Below are positions 49,429-58,827 of a stretch of DNA of 64,000 nt, piece by piece. Made by a program: the position numbers and the translations under genes. Source of the stretch: an uncultured virus (IMG/VR IMGVR_UViG_3300011867_000002). Lineage: Duplodnaviria; Heunggongvirae; Uroviricota; Caudoviricetes. The notes under the pieces are model-generated. The model had not been told where the DNA came from and ran no database searches. It saw nothing but the letters and a program-made list of their open reading frames with translations. Where the stretch lies: IMG/VR virus record IMGVR_UViG_3300011867_000002, positions 124,001 to 188,000 of that record. The stretch is one strand, 5' to 3'. Each line of letters starts with the position of its first letter. Within the stretch, counting starts at the first letter, position 1.

Positions 49429-49808
49429 CCATCGTGCGGGTTGACGAGCGGGGTGCAGCGCTTCAAGTATTCTTGGTAAGCTTCGCGGTGGACAGCTTGG
49501 CGTTTGCGGATGAAGGTACGCAACTGCTTCATGTAGTCTTGCTGGATGCGGTCCAGTGCAGCGTCGTCATTCTCGTTGATCTTTTCCAACTCATCGATCG
49601 GCACCTCTGGAATGGCTTCCAGTTTGGGCATGCGGTACAGACATTCACCGGGAATCACAACAGGTGGTGCTTGTACCGTACTTTCGTTGTTTTCTGGTTT
49701 GACCATCACCACAATGGGTGATGGAAACTGGTACGTGTTAAAGCTGCGACAGCCGATCATTAAAAGACAAAGAACGGCTCCGAACACGATAGTTTTGTTG
49801 GAAGGCAT
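49410..49808 (-). CDS. Lipoprotein, candidate o-spanin
   Basis: Signal peptide with lipobox-like LMIGC, Pro-rich stretch, two further Cys. Confidence 0.55.
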   Translation of the reverse strand: MPSNKTIVFGAVLCLLMIGCRSFNTYQFPSPIVVMVKPENNESTVQAPPVVIPGECLYRMPKLEAIPEVPIDELEKINENDDAALDRIQQDYMKQLRTFIRKRQAVHREAYQEYLKRCTPLVNPHDGKNTGP

Positions 49809-49824
49809 AAAAACATCCTAGGGG

Positions 49825-50265
49825 TTAAGGGACAGGCTCGCTGTCGTGACTTTGCAATTCGATGAAAGACTTTTGGAGACGCTCGTAGCGTTCGTTGGTT
49901 TTCTTCTTTTTCGGCACAGCAGCAACTGGTTTCTTGGTTTTGTGGGGTTTGGTGGCAGTGGGCTCCACTTTCGGTGGCACATACGTGACCGCAGGCACGG
50001 CAGTCGGTTGTACCACTGGCGCAGCAATCAGCGTAGGTGGCGCGTTCACCAAGGTCTCGTACTTCTTGCGCAAGGTGATGTAATCGTGCGAAATCACCAC
50101 AATGCGTTTCATCAAGAACACATTGGTGACCAACAGCATGCCGCTAATGAGACCGACCGCCACCAAACCTTTGTGTTCTTTCAGAATCTGGGCCATGGTC
50201 TTTTGACCGAACAGCATTTCCTTGATGAATGGCCACAGCATCGACAAAATCTTAAATACTAACAT
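49825..50265 (-). CDS. Membrane-anchored protein, candidate i-spanin
   Basis: TM segment LVAVGLISGMLLVTNVFLM followed by a coil and a Pro/Lys-rich linker. AAGGAG RBS. Confidence 0.5.
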   Translation of the reverse strand: MLVFKILSMLWPFIKEMLFGQKTMAQILKEHKGLVAVGLISGMLLVTNVFLMKRIVVISHDYITLRKKYETLVNAPPTLIAAPVVQPTAVPAVTYVPPKVEPTATKPHKTKKPVAAVPKKKKTNERYERLQKSFIELQSHDSEPVP

Positions 50266-50399
50266 GACGTGTTTGCTCCTTCTCTTTGTATTTTATAGTT
50301 GAGTTCCAACATTTAAGCTAGTGTAGCAAAATGGTTTCTTTCTGTCAAGAAAATTGATATTCTCTCATCCTTCAAGCGCGTATCGCGCAGGAGAACCCC

Positions 50400-51725
50400 A
50401 TGCTGGTATTGAAAACTTTCGTCACCCATTCGCAATTTGTTGACAATGCAGTCAACGAAGTTGCGCCATTTGGTGAACTGTCCACGGATGCGGCAACGTA
50501 TTCCCGTGACATCGGCCAGTACTTTACGCCTGCGTATCCAAAACTGGCACTCCATAGCTTCTACAGCAAAGACAATGGTGTGCAGGCGGCTGTTCCGCAA
50601 ACGTTGGTCGACCATATCCTCAAAATCGTCCAATACGTCTATGCCACCACCTTCACCACCTCGGGTGAAATCTTCAGCGACGTCCTGCTGGCAAACCTGC
50701 TGACAGACCATGCGGCGATTGCCGAATCGTTCAACTGTGGCGAGATGGTAACCGACGGCACTTACTACGTCCCTGAGTGGCTGGCGTGGAAAGCCAAAAA
50801 CGTCGACGGTGTGCCGGCGACTGAAGTCCGAGTCTGGTTCGCCGACAGCAGCTTCAAGCTGCAATACGATGAGTTCGAAATCGTCGTGGTTCCACCGACC
50901 CCGGTGCTCGACAACTTCTTCAAGACCGGCACCGAAGTGGCCCTTATGTTGAACGCGGAAACGCCAAGCACGATGGTCATGAAAATGCAAGTGGCGCGGG
51001 ACAAGTACCCCACCACCATGCAGCGCGTGATGACCTACGATTACGTCGACCCATTCCTGCCATCCCACAAGGAAGTCTCGAACTGGGGTGTCTTGATCTA
51101 TGGTGCCGCCGGTAACAACATCGACAACATCAGCGATGCCCTGATCGAATACATCTTGGGCAACAGTACCCACACCCGCGAAGAGTGGACCAAGATTTTG
51201 CCGGACCTCTTTAAGCGCACGGAATTCTTCATGATTCCTTCGTGGTTCCAGTACGCTATCAGTCCCCGCAAGACGCAGCCGGCAGGCGTGCCGTCGCCGT
51301 TGCTGTCGGTCAACCAAATTGTTGCCCGTGTGAAAGAGGCCGCCCCCGGTTACACCGATGCTCATATTAATGAGAACGCAATGGTCATGCCGCACCCGTA
51401 CGCGTCGCTCACGATTTTGACCGTGGGCAGCCCGAATAACCGGGAAGGCAAGTTCAAGATTAGTGACATTTATCCAGACTACATTTCGGTGTCGACCTCC
51501 AGCACCGACTTCAACCGGATGAGTGCCCGCACCAAAGCGTGGCTCGACCGCCTGCAAGAACAACTGCTCGCTGCTGAACAGATGACGGAATTTTCCAACA
51601 TCCCAAGCGGCATGACGCGCGCCAAACGCGATGGTCGGGTGTACCTCGTCATCAACGTGGAAAACATCAACTACCTGATGGCCCTGCGTTCGAACTACGC
51701 CGCCGAATTTGTGGTTGAAGAATAA
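50400..51725 (+). CDS. Virion structural protein (phiKZ gp157-like)
   Basis: 441 aa, AGGAG RBS, VAPFGELS and ILPDLFKRTEF motifs. Confidence 0.7.
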   Translation: MLVLKTFVTHSQFVDNAVNEVAPFGELSTDAATYSRDIGQYFTPAYPKLALHSFYSKDNGVQAAVPQTLVDHILKIVQYVYATTFTTSGEIFSDVLLANLLTDHAAIAESFNCGEMVTDGTYYVPEWLAWKAKNVDGVPATEVRVWFADSSFKLQYDEFEIVVVPPTPVLDNFFKTGTEVALMLNAETPSTMVMKMQVARDKYPTTMQRVMTYDYVDPFLPSHKEVSNWGVLIYGAAGNNIDNISDALIEYILGNSTHTREEWTKILPDLFKRTEFFMIPSWFQYAISPRKTQPAGVPSPLLSVNQIVARVKEAAPGYTDAHINENAMVMPHPYASLTILTVGSPNNREGKFKISDIYPDYISVSTSSTDFNRMSARTKAWLDRLQEQLLAAEQMTEFSNIPSGMTRAKRDGRVYLVINVENINYLMALRSNYAAEFVVEE

Positions 51726-51736
51726 GGAGCAAACCC

Positions 51737-52351
51737 ATGTCGCTCTTTACTCCCGGCCTCAACGACAAGGGGCGCTTTCGGCTAAACGGCCAGCTTGCGA
51801 ACTTGCTCAGCCCTGACTTGGAGTACACCTGCATTAACTTACAGACCATCCAGTCAGCCGCGGGTAGTGGTATCGATATCCTCGAAACCTACTACGTACC
51901 CATTGGTCTCGATGCAGCCGCATTGGCTGCTGACATCACGGCCAACGCGTTCTTGGTGACGCTCCAAGCTGGTGTCTTGCCAGAAGTGGTGGTGCCATCC
52001 ACGTACTTCGTGGAGAAAGCCAACACCGATGGCATTCGTTATCTGGGGCGGATGATTGCGGTGGACTTGTCAGTCCTGCCCGCAGACTTTGATCTCTCCT
52101 TACTGCGTCAGCGCTTGCTGGAAGTGGTGAAAGAGACGATTGGGGTCGTGGGCGAAGCCCGTACCATCGTGACCACCAACGTGCTTAACAAGAGCCAAGA
52201 TGAGCATGCGATCATCGAAGCGACGCGGGCACTGAACGCATCGAACCTCGATACCGATTACGCCCGCTTCTTGGCTGAGCGTAAGCGTGCAGATTCGTTG
52301 CAGCAAAAGGTTACGTCCTTGTCGAACTACATCGTTGCCAATCGGACCTAG
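51737..52351 (+). CDS. Conserved hypothetical protein
   Basis: 204 aa, AAGGAG RBS, C-terminal coiled coil. Confidence 0.75.
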   Translation: MSLFTPGLNDKGRFRLNGQLANLLSPDLEYTCINLQTIQSAAGSGIDILETYYVPIGLDAAALAADITANAFLVTLQAGVLPEVVVPSTYFVEKANTDGIRYLGRMIAVDLSVLPADFDLSLLRQRLLEVVKETIGVVGEARTIVTTNVLNKSQDEHAIIEATRALNASNLDTDYARFLAERKRADSLQQKVTSLSNYIVANRT

Positions 52352-52352
52352 T

Positions 52353-52395
52353 CCGGCAAAAGACCAGTACCCGAAGGTACTGGTCTTTTATGCCG
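52353..52395. terminator. Bidirectional terminator with CGGCA/TTTTATGCCG flanks
   Basis: AAAAGACCAGTACC-CGAA-GGTACTGGTCTTTT. Confidence 0.85.
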
Positions 52396-52397
52396 TC

Positions 52398-53750
52398 TTA
52401 TGTTGGCTTGACACGGAAGTAGGTTTCCACCAGCTTACCGAACACGGGCATGCTGGCATTGAACACGTCGGGCGGCGTTTCATCGTCGATCCGGCGAATG
52501 CGTTTGTCGTGCTGGACCCAGAGCATGTAGGATGCTTGTGCAACCATGTTGCGCAGGTCTTCTTCGTTACGCGGCCCCGCTGCGTTATACAGGTCAGGAA
52601 TGACGACCGCACATTGGAGATCGGCACCACTGATGTTGAGCAAGAGCTGGTTTGCACCAGTGTCTTGGTTTTGGTAGATACCCGTTGGCCACGCCAACAG
52701 CTTGTCCATCGGGATCACGCTCAGGTCTTCGCGGAAACGCTTGAAGGTCATCCCACCGACGCCATTGATGATCAAGGTGTTCGACAGGTACAGACGCAGA
52801 ATCGGTGCGATGTACTTGCCAACCGCATTGACCCGCGGCAGTGGCTGTGTAGGAGATGCAGCAAAAACCTCTTCGTCGATCGGCGTCGGCATGTCGGGGA
52901 CGACGTAATGGGTGATCGTGGTCTTGCTCATGTCCGGCACTTCTGGTGCACCAAACACTTCGAGCGGCTCGTCCACCGGAACCGACGGCGCCAGTGACTG
53001 ATCGGCTTTTTGCTCAGCCAGCTCGCTCCAGTTGGCTGGGAGCGGGTGTTGATCGAGAATGGCAATCGCTTCCCGCCTCGTCAGATGGAGCGCCTGCATC
53101 AGTCCTTGGACGTTGCTTTCCAACGCGAACTGGGTGGCCACCTCCATCATGGCATCCGATGGGCAAACGGTCTCCCACTTGCCCATTTCCTTCATGCGCT
53201 CCACGATATTTTGCCGCATTGGGGCAGAACGCGGCACGCCGGCGTAGGTCATGGGGGCGGCCACCTTGGCGCCGATGGTAGACACATCCACCTTGTTCAC
53301 GAAATCCTGCACATTGGCAATGATCTCTTCTTTGGGGGGTGACGTGAAACCTTCTTCGACGGCGGCAGCAATGGCCGCCTCGGATGGCGATGCTTTGCCT
53401 ATCAGGTTATCGGTCACTTGCGCAAGGTTCTCGTCGACGAACGGTGCCACCATTTGGCCAGCGATCTCGTCCATCGTTGTTTGGATGTCAGCTTCCATGC
53501 GCGAACGGGGGTTGAGTTTCTGGGTGGATGCTTGCACATCCACCACCAGGCTGTTAACCAGTTCACCCGCGTCCCCGAGGGGAATGGGCTTGACTTCGAA
53601 CTTGACGTCGGTCACGAGGCCGTGTTCCTTCAGGAGTGCGTGCGCCGCCATGAGGTCGCTCACGAATTGGTTCTGCGAATTGGCCATCGACACCAATAGC
53701 GATTTCAGGCCAGGGATTTCGTTGATGTCTTGGCGATTTTCTTGATTCAT
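52398..53750 (-). CDS. Hypothetical acidic protein
   Basis: 450-aa ORF starting 1 nt after the sbcC stop. Confidence 0.75.
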   Translation of the reverse strand: MNQENRQDINEIPGLKSLLVSMANSQNQFVSDLMAAHALLKEHGLVTDVKFEVKPIPLGDAGELVNSLVVDVQASTQKLNPRSRMEADIQTTMDEIAGQMVAPFVDENLAQVTDNLIGKASPSEAAIAAAVEEGFTSPPKEEIIANVQDFVNKVDVSTIGAKVAAPMTYAGVPRSAPMRQNIVERMKEMGKWETVCPSDAMMEVATQFALESNVQGLMQALHLTRREAIAILDQHPLPANWSELAEQKADQSLAPSVPVDEPLEVFGAPEVPDMSKTTITHYVVPDMPTPIDEEVFAASPTQPLPRVNAVGKYIAPILRLYLSNTLIINGVGGMTFKRFREDLSVIPMDKLLAWPTGIYQNQDTGANQLLLNISGADLQCAVVIPDLYNAAGPRNEEDLRNMVAQASYMLWVQHDKRIRRIDDETPPDVFNASMPVFGKLVETYFRVKPT

Positions 53751-53751
53751 C

Positions 53752-56346
53752 TTAGTGCTCCATTTCTACGTGTTGGTTGTATTGCGCGTTAGCCGGGATG
53801 GTAATGTTGTTCGGACACATGACGCAAATTTCGGCATTGGTAAAGGCACCATAGCTGGCTTCATAGTGCGAGATCATGAATAGCTGTGGGAATTGACGTT
53901 CTTCCATGATGGTCGAGATCACCATGGTCGCTTGCGTTTGGTGGTGCTTATCAAAGCCCGTACCAAATTCATCTAAGAACAAGGGATGGTTCCCCAGTCC
54001 CAAGCACTGCATGGCAGTGATCCGGAAAGCCAAGTCAATGATTTCCGAAATACCAGTACTGGTTTCTTTCACATCGTTCGGCGGGTCCTCGGTATCATCG
54101 TTGACAATCACCGGGAAGCGGTAATCGAGTTCGACGCCCCCCAAGCTTTCCACCGCACAGTCCTGTACCACCAGTGGGTACGACCAGATGCGTTCGATGA
54201 CTTCGTTCATGTCGCCCACAAAGTGGCGGATGAAACCCAACAGGCTGTCTGCAATCAAACCTTCCGTTGGGGACAACTCATCGCGTACCATGCGCACTGC
54301 TTGTTCCCTGAGCGTTAGTTCCTCAATTTGCTGATGAAGGTCTGCTACCCGTGCGTGCTGCAAGTTGACGTACGACAGGGTTTCTTCTTTACGTGCTAAA
54401 GCCGTCCGTAGCTGCTTGATGCAGTGCAGAACGGTTTCCTTGTGCAACGCATCGATCCAGGCTTCGTTGGTATGCACCAAATCACTACGGGTCTTGGTAA
54501 TCCGCTGTTCAAGTGCAATGCCTTCTGCCATGGTGCGGTGGTACGCCGTGAACTCCGTCACATCTTTCTGGAGTAAATGGCGGTCACTCGTCAACTGCTC
54601 GATCTCGTGTCCCCACTGCTCCATACCAATCCGTACATCAGTAAGCGTGGCATCACCCAACTTCTCTGCCGAGGCAATCAGGTTACTGATTTCGCCCAGT
54701 TCTGCGTCCAATCGCAGCGTGTCCTTCATGATCTGTAGGTCGACCCGGAAGCGTTCGACAAAACCCATCAAGAGGCGTGCCTTGCTCGTGATGTACTCTT
54801 GTTCTGCCAAGTAATCCCAAAGCGGTGCCAAGACTGGCCATGCTTGGGTCAAGCGGATGAAGCTGCGGTACTTCTCGCCGTATTCGTAGTTCGTGGCGAG
54901 TTGTTCCTCAATGTCTTTCATCTCCGCTTTCAAGACCTTGGCTTGCTCTTGGTAGACGTCGATTCCATTGACGAGACGCTGGTACTCTGTTTCGTTGTAA
55001 CCAATCGTCCAGCGGTAGCTGCACTGCGGGCAAGTGGTTTCACCATTCCCACGGTGGTTGTCCGCATGGGTCTTGCGGGTGGTGAGTTTCTCGATGTGGT
55101 TGCTGACCGTATTGAGCGCACGGGTCTTTTGTTCCAGTGCTTCGTTCAGTTCCCGAATCTTGGCTTGACCGTATTTCTTTTCGCTGTTGTCAGGAATTGA
55201 ACTAGCGATTTCAGTCAACGTGTCCCAAACAGAATCGAGTGCGCCAATCCCGTTGATCGGGTGGATGCCGTCCAGACCCGCCAGAACGTCCACCAGCGTG
55301 CGCGAGGACAAGACCTCCACTTTCCTACCATGCACTGCTTTAAAGCGCTTGTGCAGCTCCGCAATGCCTGCCTCGCCGGTTTTGGTCAAGACTTCGTATT
55401 GCTCACGCAACCGGTCATGCTCTTTCACCGCTTTGTTGATGAGCGCGTCACGGGACATGACTTCGCCCTTCAAGCGTTCGATCTCAGTGGCGATCTCAGC
55501 CAATGAACCAAAGCTTGGGCGTACCTGTAACCATGGACCACCTTCTTCGGACTGTTCGTAATGCGGATGGTCAGCCCGGTAATTGTAGTACGGCGCAATG
55601 AAGCGCAAGCGGTACAGTTGTTGGGTCATGCTCTGAAGGCTGGCCAACTGCTGCTTTTGTTCTTCTTCAAACGTACTCGACGCACGGGTCACTGGTGCCC
55701 GGTGTTCCATCAAGATGTTGAGTTCACGCTCGATCTGGTTGACTTCATCGTTCAGCCGTTTGAGTTCAGCTTCATTGACCACTTTCTCTTGTTCAGCCAC
55801 CAGTCGCTTCTTGGCACCACGCAACTGTGCAGTCAAGTCGTTTGCTTCGGCATTGACGCGATTGAACACGCTCAGGGCGTAATCGTAGTTGGCGTTGTTA
55901 AGACGCATGAACCATTCACGGCGTTTGCCGGGACCCCACCGGGTAAAGCGTTCCCGACCCAACATGAGGTCACGAATCTCGGGGGTCACCTTAAACAGTT
56001 CTTCCACCGTTTCGCGCTGTTTGGATGCGTTCACCCAATCGTTGATGACCACATCACCCTCTTCGTCGTGGCGCACCAACTGGTATCTTGTGTGGGGATC
56101 AAAGACCGAGGTAGCCGTGTAGACCCGGCCATCATCGGCTTCGCAGGTGACGATCTTGCTGCCCCCTTTTTCATACAGCGCTGGTTCTGCGGGTAGCATC
56201 GATAGCTCCCGTGCCAGCGTGGATTTGCCTGACCCATTCGATCCCAAAAACAACTGGATGAATTCGGTAAAGGTCAGTTTAATGCGTTTGATGCTGTTTA
56301 ATCGCAGCCGCTTATGGCGGTTGACTTCTATTGAGAGGTATCGCAT
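53752..56346 (-). CDS. sbcC: SbcC/Rad50-like SMC ATPase (phiKZ gp165-like)
   Basis: Start MRYLSIEV. Walker A GSNGSGKS, coiled coils with CPQC zinc hook, signature TSTG, Walker B LFLDE, ISH. Confidence 0.92.
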   Translation of the reverse strand: MRYLSIEVNRHKRLRLNSIKRIKLTFTEFIQLFLGSNGSGKSTLARELSMLPAEPALYEKGGSKIVTCEADDGRVYTATSVFDPHTRYQLVRHDEEGDVVINDWVNASKQRETVEELFKVTPEIRDLMLGRERFTRWGPGKRREWFMRLNNANYDYALSVFNRVNAEANDLTAQLRGAKKRLVAEQEKVVNEAELKRLNDEVNQIERELNILMEHRAPVTRASSTFEEEQKQQLASLQSMTQQLYRLRFIAPYYNYRADHPHYEQSEEGGPWLQVRPSFGSLAEIATEIERLKGEVMSRDALINKAVKEHDRLREQYEVLTKTGEAGIAELHKRFKAVHGRKVEVLSSRTLVDVLAGLDGIHPINGIGALDSVWDTLTEIASSIPDNSEKKYGQAKIRELNEALEQKTRALNTVSNHIEKLTTRKTHADNHRGNGETTCPQCSYRWTIGYNETEYQRLVNGIDVYQEQAKVLKAEMKDIEEQLATNYEYGEKYRSFIRLTQAWPVLAPLWDYLAEQEYITSKARLLMGFVERFRVDLQIMKDTLRLDAELGEISNLIASAEKLGDATLTDVRIGMEQWGHEIEQLTSDRHLLQKDVTEFTAYHRTMAEGIALEQRITKTRSDLVHTNEAWIDALHKETVLHCIKQLRTALARKEETLSYVNLQHARVADLHQQIEELTLREQAVRMVRDELSPTEGLIADSLLGFIRHFVGDMNEVIERIWSYPLVVQDCAVESLGGVELDYRFPVIVNDDTEDPPNDVKETSTGISEIIDLAFRITAMQCLGLGNHPLFLDEFGTGFDKHHQTQATMVISTIMEERQFPQLFMISHYEASYGAFTNAEICVMCPNNITIPANAQYNQHVEMEH

Positions 56347-56369
56347 TGGGAACTTTCGCTGTTGCTTAT

Positions 56370-56397
56370 TACAACATGAGTTAGCTGCGTAATTTTT
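56370..56397 (-). promoter_or_regulatory. Putative bipartite promoter AAAAATTACG-N14-TGTA
   Basis: Identical elements and spacing to 873-900, directly upstream of sbcC. Confidence 0.6.
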
Positions 56398-56415
56398 GAT
56401 AAGGCATAAAAGAAA

Positions 56416-57432
56416 ATGAACCAAATTTCCAAACTGCACATCTATTCGCTGGGGATTGTGGCCACTAACAAGCCGCTGTCCACTGACGAAATTGAGGTGA
56501 CGCCGATTGAAGTGTCGATGATGCTTGACGGTGAACTGTCTGACGCCAGAACAACACTGGCGGCATCTGCCAAAGACAACGATGGTGCCGCCTACTCGGT
56601 CGAAGTCGACACAGCAACTACCATCAAAGCCAAGTGGGCACATTTTGGTCGCGGCAACCGCATGACGCCACCTGATGTCCGTCGCGGCGACCCAGTGATC
56701 ATTTGGCGCTTTGGTGACACTGACCAGTTTTATTGGGAAACCCGTGACGACATGGGATTACGGCGTCTGGAGACGGTGATCTGGCGGTTCAGCGCGACCA
56801 AAGAAGAAAGCGCCAAACTGTCAGCCAAGAATTCGTACATGGTCGAGTTGTCTACCCACAAGAAGCTCCTCCATATCCACACTTCGCAGGCGAATGGTGA
56901 GTATTGTGGCTGGAGTATTCAGCTCAATACTGCCGAAGGTTTCTTGCAATTCGAAGACACCAAGGGCAACACCATCTTGATGAATGCCAAAGAGAACCAG
57001 ATTGAACTGCAAAATGCAGACAATTCGTTCTTTAACATGATCGGCAAGAAATTGTTCATCAAGACCGACGACTTGATCGACATCAAGACCAAGACGATGA
57101 ATGTCACTGCCACCGACATCACGACGAAGGCGACCACCAACAAGTTGACCACCAGTACTAACGACATCAAGGCCGATACCCAGACCACGAATGCCGATAC
57201 GAATAACCTGACGGCGAGCACCAACAACATCACTGCGACGACCAAGCATACCGGTATGTACACGATTGCGGGCGCACTCACGGTATCTGGCAAGGCAACC
57301 TTGAACGGTGGCTTGGCAGGCAAGGGTGGCTTTGCGATGACAGGTGGTGGCGAAATGTCCTTCAGCGGCGGTACCCTGAAGGTCGATTCGATCGTCTCGT
57401 CGGGCAACGTCACAGCGCCGAATATTCGATAA
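56416..57432 (+). CDS. Baseplate central spike / tail tip (phiKZ gp164-like)
   Basis: N-terminal OB-like region with NRMTPPDVRRGD, then Thr/Asn-rich short beta-strand repeats typical of a beta-helical spike. Confidence 0.75.
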   Translation: MNQISKLHIYSLGIVATNKPLSTDEIEVTPIEVSMMLDGELSDARTTLAASAKDNDGAAYSVEVDTATTIKAKWAHFGRGNRMTPPDVRRGDPVIIWRFGDTDQFYWETRDDMGLRRLETVIWRFSATKEESAKLSAKNSYMVELSTHKKLLHIHTSQANGEYCGWSIQLNTAEGFLQFEDTKGNTILMNAKENQIELQNADNSFFNMIGKKLFIKTDDLIDIKTKTMNVTATDITTKATTNKLTTSTNDIKADTQTTNADTNNLTASTNNITATTKHTGMYTIAGALTVSGKATLNGGLAGKGGFAMTGGGEMSFSGGTLKVDSIVSSGNVTAPNIR

Positions 57433-57497
57433 GCGGCATACAGCCCTCCAGCCTACTCACTCATCGAAAAGTAGACTGGAGGCGGTACCGACAACTA

Positions 57498-58733
57498 TCA
57501 GACGTCAGTGCCGATCTGTAGGTAATGCAAATCACCATTGGTGAGAGGCCGGACAGGGTTTCGATTATCACCCAAACTCAATGCCTTACGACTCTCCACT
57601 GTACGGTAATTGTAGTCATGGCGGTAAGCATCGGTGGTGGTAACTGAGTATTGACCAGTCTCATACTGATAGCCAAAATTGACCATCTTTCCCAGTTCGT
57701 CAACGAGTGGGTAAATTGGCGCGATGTCACTCACGTACAAGCCAGGCAGTTTGCTGCCTTGCAAGAGCGTGCGTTCCACGAAGATGTCTGGGTTGTCCAG
57801 CACCACAAAGAACGATTGCGACAGCGTCAAGTACGCTTGGATCGCCGCATCCGACAGTAAGTCGTCGACGGCGAAGTGAGAAGGGTTGTCCGTGCTGATT
57901 TCCACGTTCATCGAACTCAGGTCGATATAGTGGCGCGAGTTCAAGAAGCGGTCGATGTATGGCAGGTTGTTAAACACCACCGCAAAGCCGCTTTCACTGA
58001 CCCGATAGAAAGTGCGATTATCGAGCACGTGCAAGTAGCCCCCCAAGACCAGCATCACTGTCTTGTCGCCCACATCTTCTCCCAAGTCCACGTGCACCCG
58101 GTCTTTGAACTGTTGGTTCACGTCTTGACGGTACACCATGTCACTGGTGATCGGTACAAAGCGCAGCTTACCGAGTTGGCGGAAACTCATGATACCCAGT
58201 TCCGCTTTGCCCGACAGTTGCTGCGACTTCATGCCTTCTTTGACATACAGGCCATCGTTACTGGCGTCGGTCGCGTGGATGAAACCATTGACGGAGACCA
58301 AGAAGCTTTCGTAGCAGTGGTTGTAATTCGTTTCTGGCCGGGTGAGCAACAACCAGGTGCGTTCCGACGCCGGCATGGGGGTGTCAGGTGCGGCGCTCGG
58401 ATGCACGGCCTGGACCTTGTAGCCAGCTTCGAACGCATCGTTGTACAGCGCAATGCGGGTACGCAGCAGTGGCAACGTGTCTGTTGTTGGGAGTGCTGCG
58501 TCGCCAATGCTGGCCAACACGGCATTGAACGTGATGTCTTGGCTGCCGTATTCTGCGCGCAGTTCTGCCAGATCGAGTCCCACATATCGGGACAAATAGC
58601 TATTCGCCAACGTCACCAAAATGCGGTCATATGTCGAAAACACCACTGGCAGCAGCATCTCCCCCAGTTCGATGGTGGTCCACCGTCCACCGCCGCCGAT
58701 GGGTTTTGCGATCGCTTGAACAAGTGTGTACAT
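57498..58733 (-). CDS. Virion structural protein
   Basis: 411 aa, LVSVNGFIH and MLVLGGYLH motifs of the phiKZ-like tail region. Confidence 0.7.
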   Translation of the reverse strand: MYTLVQAIAKPIGGGGRWTTIELGEMLLPVVFSTYDRILVTLANSYLSRYVGLDLAELRAEYGSQDITFNAVLASIGDAALPTTDTLPLLRTRIALYNDAFEAGYKVQAVHPSAAPDTPMPASERTWLLLTRPETNYNHCYESFLVSVNGFIHATDASNDGLYVKEGMKSQQLSGKAELGIMSFRQLGKLRFVPITSDMVYRQDVNQQFKDRVHVDLGEDVGDKTVMLVLGGYLHVLDNRTFYRVSESGFAVVFNNLPYIDRFLNSRHYIDLSSMNVEISTDNPSHFAVDDLLSDAAIQAYLTLSQSFFVVLDNPDIFVERTLLQGSKLPGLYVSDIAPIYPLVDELGKMVNFGYQYETGQYSVTTTDAYRHDYNYRTVESRKALSLGDNRNPVRPLTNGDLHYLQIGTDV

Positions 58734-58827
58734 GATGATTTTCGCCTTTTGAAGAGTGCAATTTGCAAATTATATAGTCGCTCAACCGAGCCCATAACAT
58801 ATCGGATTCCTACTGGAGGGCTTGTCC

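Noticed and set aside
56347..56643. 963-aa version of SbcC
   Set aside because: The extension overlaps the divergent spike gene and the promoter motif. Walker A position fits a start at 56346.
2085..57485. REP/MITE-type mobile repeat as the explanation of the CGGCATAA hairpins
   Set aside because: Internal stems share no sequence, no target duplications or transposase are seen, and positions are strictly at gene ends.
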